Shown in pieces: positions 62,958 to 64,000 of a stretch of DNA of 64,000 nucleotides. The DNA comes from a bacterium. Its GTDB lineage: Bacteria; SAR324; NAC60-12. Where the stretch lies: contig CBDBHR010000030.1 in NCBI GenBank assembly GCA_965205865.1, positions 352,001 to 416,000 of the forward strand, given 5' to 3'. The notes beneath the pieces are model-generated. The model saw only the letters and a list, made by a program, of their open reading frames with translations. It did not search any database and was not told the DNA's origin. A program made the translations under genes and the position numbers. Each line of letters begins with the position of its first letter. Within the stretch, counting starts at the first letter, position 1.

Positions 62958-64000
62958 TGAACTCTATCAGGTCTCGCAGGCTATGGAGCGAGTGGGCATC
63001 ACTCCTCCACCGCGACATCCGCGGATTAGTCCGATGGGCAAAAACCGGGAACTGTTGGTTTTACGGCTGAATGACAAGGCTGAACCGGCCGATGTGGAGT
63101 TCGTTTCAGGAGAAGTGGGGGGCGGTCTTTTTCGCGTGGAGCACGGATCGTCGGGTTGTAGCTTCCCCGGATTCAATATCCCAACGCCACTTCTCGATCT
63201 CACTCAGACATATACCGACGAAGTGACATCTGTTTTGGAACAGCTTTTTTTCGTCTTACGGCAGAAATCGAATCCACCGACAGAGCAGATTCACCATATA
63301 CTCACGGAACTCGCTGGACTGTCCAAGCCGCGCAAACTCACTGATATGCAACGCAGCCAGTTCCGGCGTTCGGTAGTCGACTTGGTCGAGGAACTTGGAG
63401 ATAAGTTTGCCAATACAGAACCGGAACTGGCCAATTTCAAGCGAATTCTAAACATAGTGGGATGTGCCGAACTCGACTTGGATCAGTTCAGCCAGAACCT
63501 AACGGACACCCTGCTTTACACGGCGAGGACAGCAGATCATGAGACCCTCTCCTTAATCCAAGGAGCCCTGTTCGGCATGCTTGATTGGAGAAGACACACC
63601 ATCGATTTCGGCTCAGACGACTACTGGGGAGAAAAGGCAAAGAAAGACAAAAATGCAAATCAACCCGTTTATCTCGACGTGGCAAACATGGATCACAATC
63701 ACAAACCTGTCGCTCATCAGGATACAAGTCAAGCGATAAACAAAATCTTGGTTCAACAATCCGAAGCGGAAGATCAGACAACTCAAAATGATGTTGACGC
63801 CTTCGGAAGTCGAGGTTCATTGCAAGACAAGTACCCGGCGCCAAAGATCGCAGAACTCGGTGATGTGAAGCTTTTTTCAGTAAATACTATCGAAATTTCA
63901 GCACTGAATCGCTATGGACTCAAGGGTTCAGATCAGTTTCAGACAACCACCAGAATCACGCAGCGGATGAATGACTCGTTGCTTTATCTAGCCGATGAGA
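62950..64000 (+). CDS. Putative Cascade large subunit (divergent Cas8), runs off the window
   Basis: Open frame from ATG 62950 (MLNELYQVSQAMERVG...SFPGFN...) to the window end; overlaps the cas5 stop. Assigned mainly by position. Confidence 0.65.
   Translation, partial: MLNELYQVSQAMERVGITPPPRHPRISPMGKNRELLVLRLNDKAEPADVEFVSGEVGGGLFRVEHGSSGCSFPGFNIPTPLLDLTQTYTDEVTSVLEQLFFVLRQKSNPPTEQIHHILTELAGLSKPRKLTDMQRSQFRRSVVDLVEELGDKFANTEPELANFKRILNIVGCAELDLDQFSQNLTDTLLYTARTADHETLSLIQGALFGMLDWRRHTIDFGSDDYWGEKAKKDKNANQPVYLDVANMDHNHKPVAHQDTSQAINKILVQQSEAEDQTTQNDVDAFGSRGSLQDKYPAPKIAELGDVKLFSVNTIEISALNRYGLKGSDQFQTTTRITQRMNDSLLYLADE

Overview
Bacterial chromosomal window in three parts. (1) 1-21.9 kb is nutrient scavenging: pckA (runs off the left edge), a triple-HTH protein, a VOC/polB remnant, a Uma2 endonuclease, and a phosphate operon pstS(frameshifted)-pstC-pstA-pstB-phoU-phoB on the minus strand. 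Divergent from it are urtABCDE and ureABCEFG, with no ureD. (2) 21.9-54 kb is an accessory, partly decayed region. A defence island starts with a promoter and a ~260-nt highly base-paired non-coding segment (candidate structured RNA). This is followed by type III R-M res (frameshifted), an orphan ORF, an ABC ATPase, mod, a ~1250-aa SIR2 protein, and an ABC ATPase + PD-(D/E)XK pair. Beyond the island lie gene fragments, an internally deleted group II intron, three IS1380 elements, nested MITEs/REPs, a TIR-flanked Y1 transposase remnant, peptide ABC genes, an IS-disrupted type II R-M, a signal-peptide DNA ligase and dinJ-yafQ. (3) 54-64 kb holds a Zn-ligand-less homocysteine methyltransferase homolog, a bioD-like gene, tig-clpP-clpX, a PfkB kinase, a U32 protein, and the start of a type I-C-like cas operon (cas5, divergent cas8) whose cas3 appears reduced to a ~90-bp stub. 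Best novelty candidates are the structured RNA heading the defence island and the cas3-less Cascade. All calls come from reading motifs by eye; no searches were run. Single-base frameshifts could be sequencing errors.
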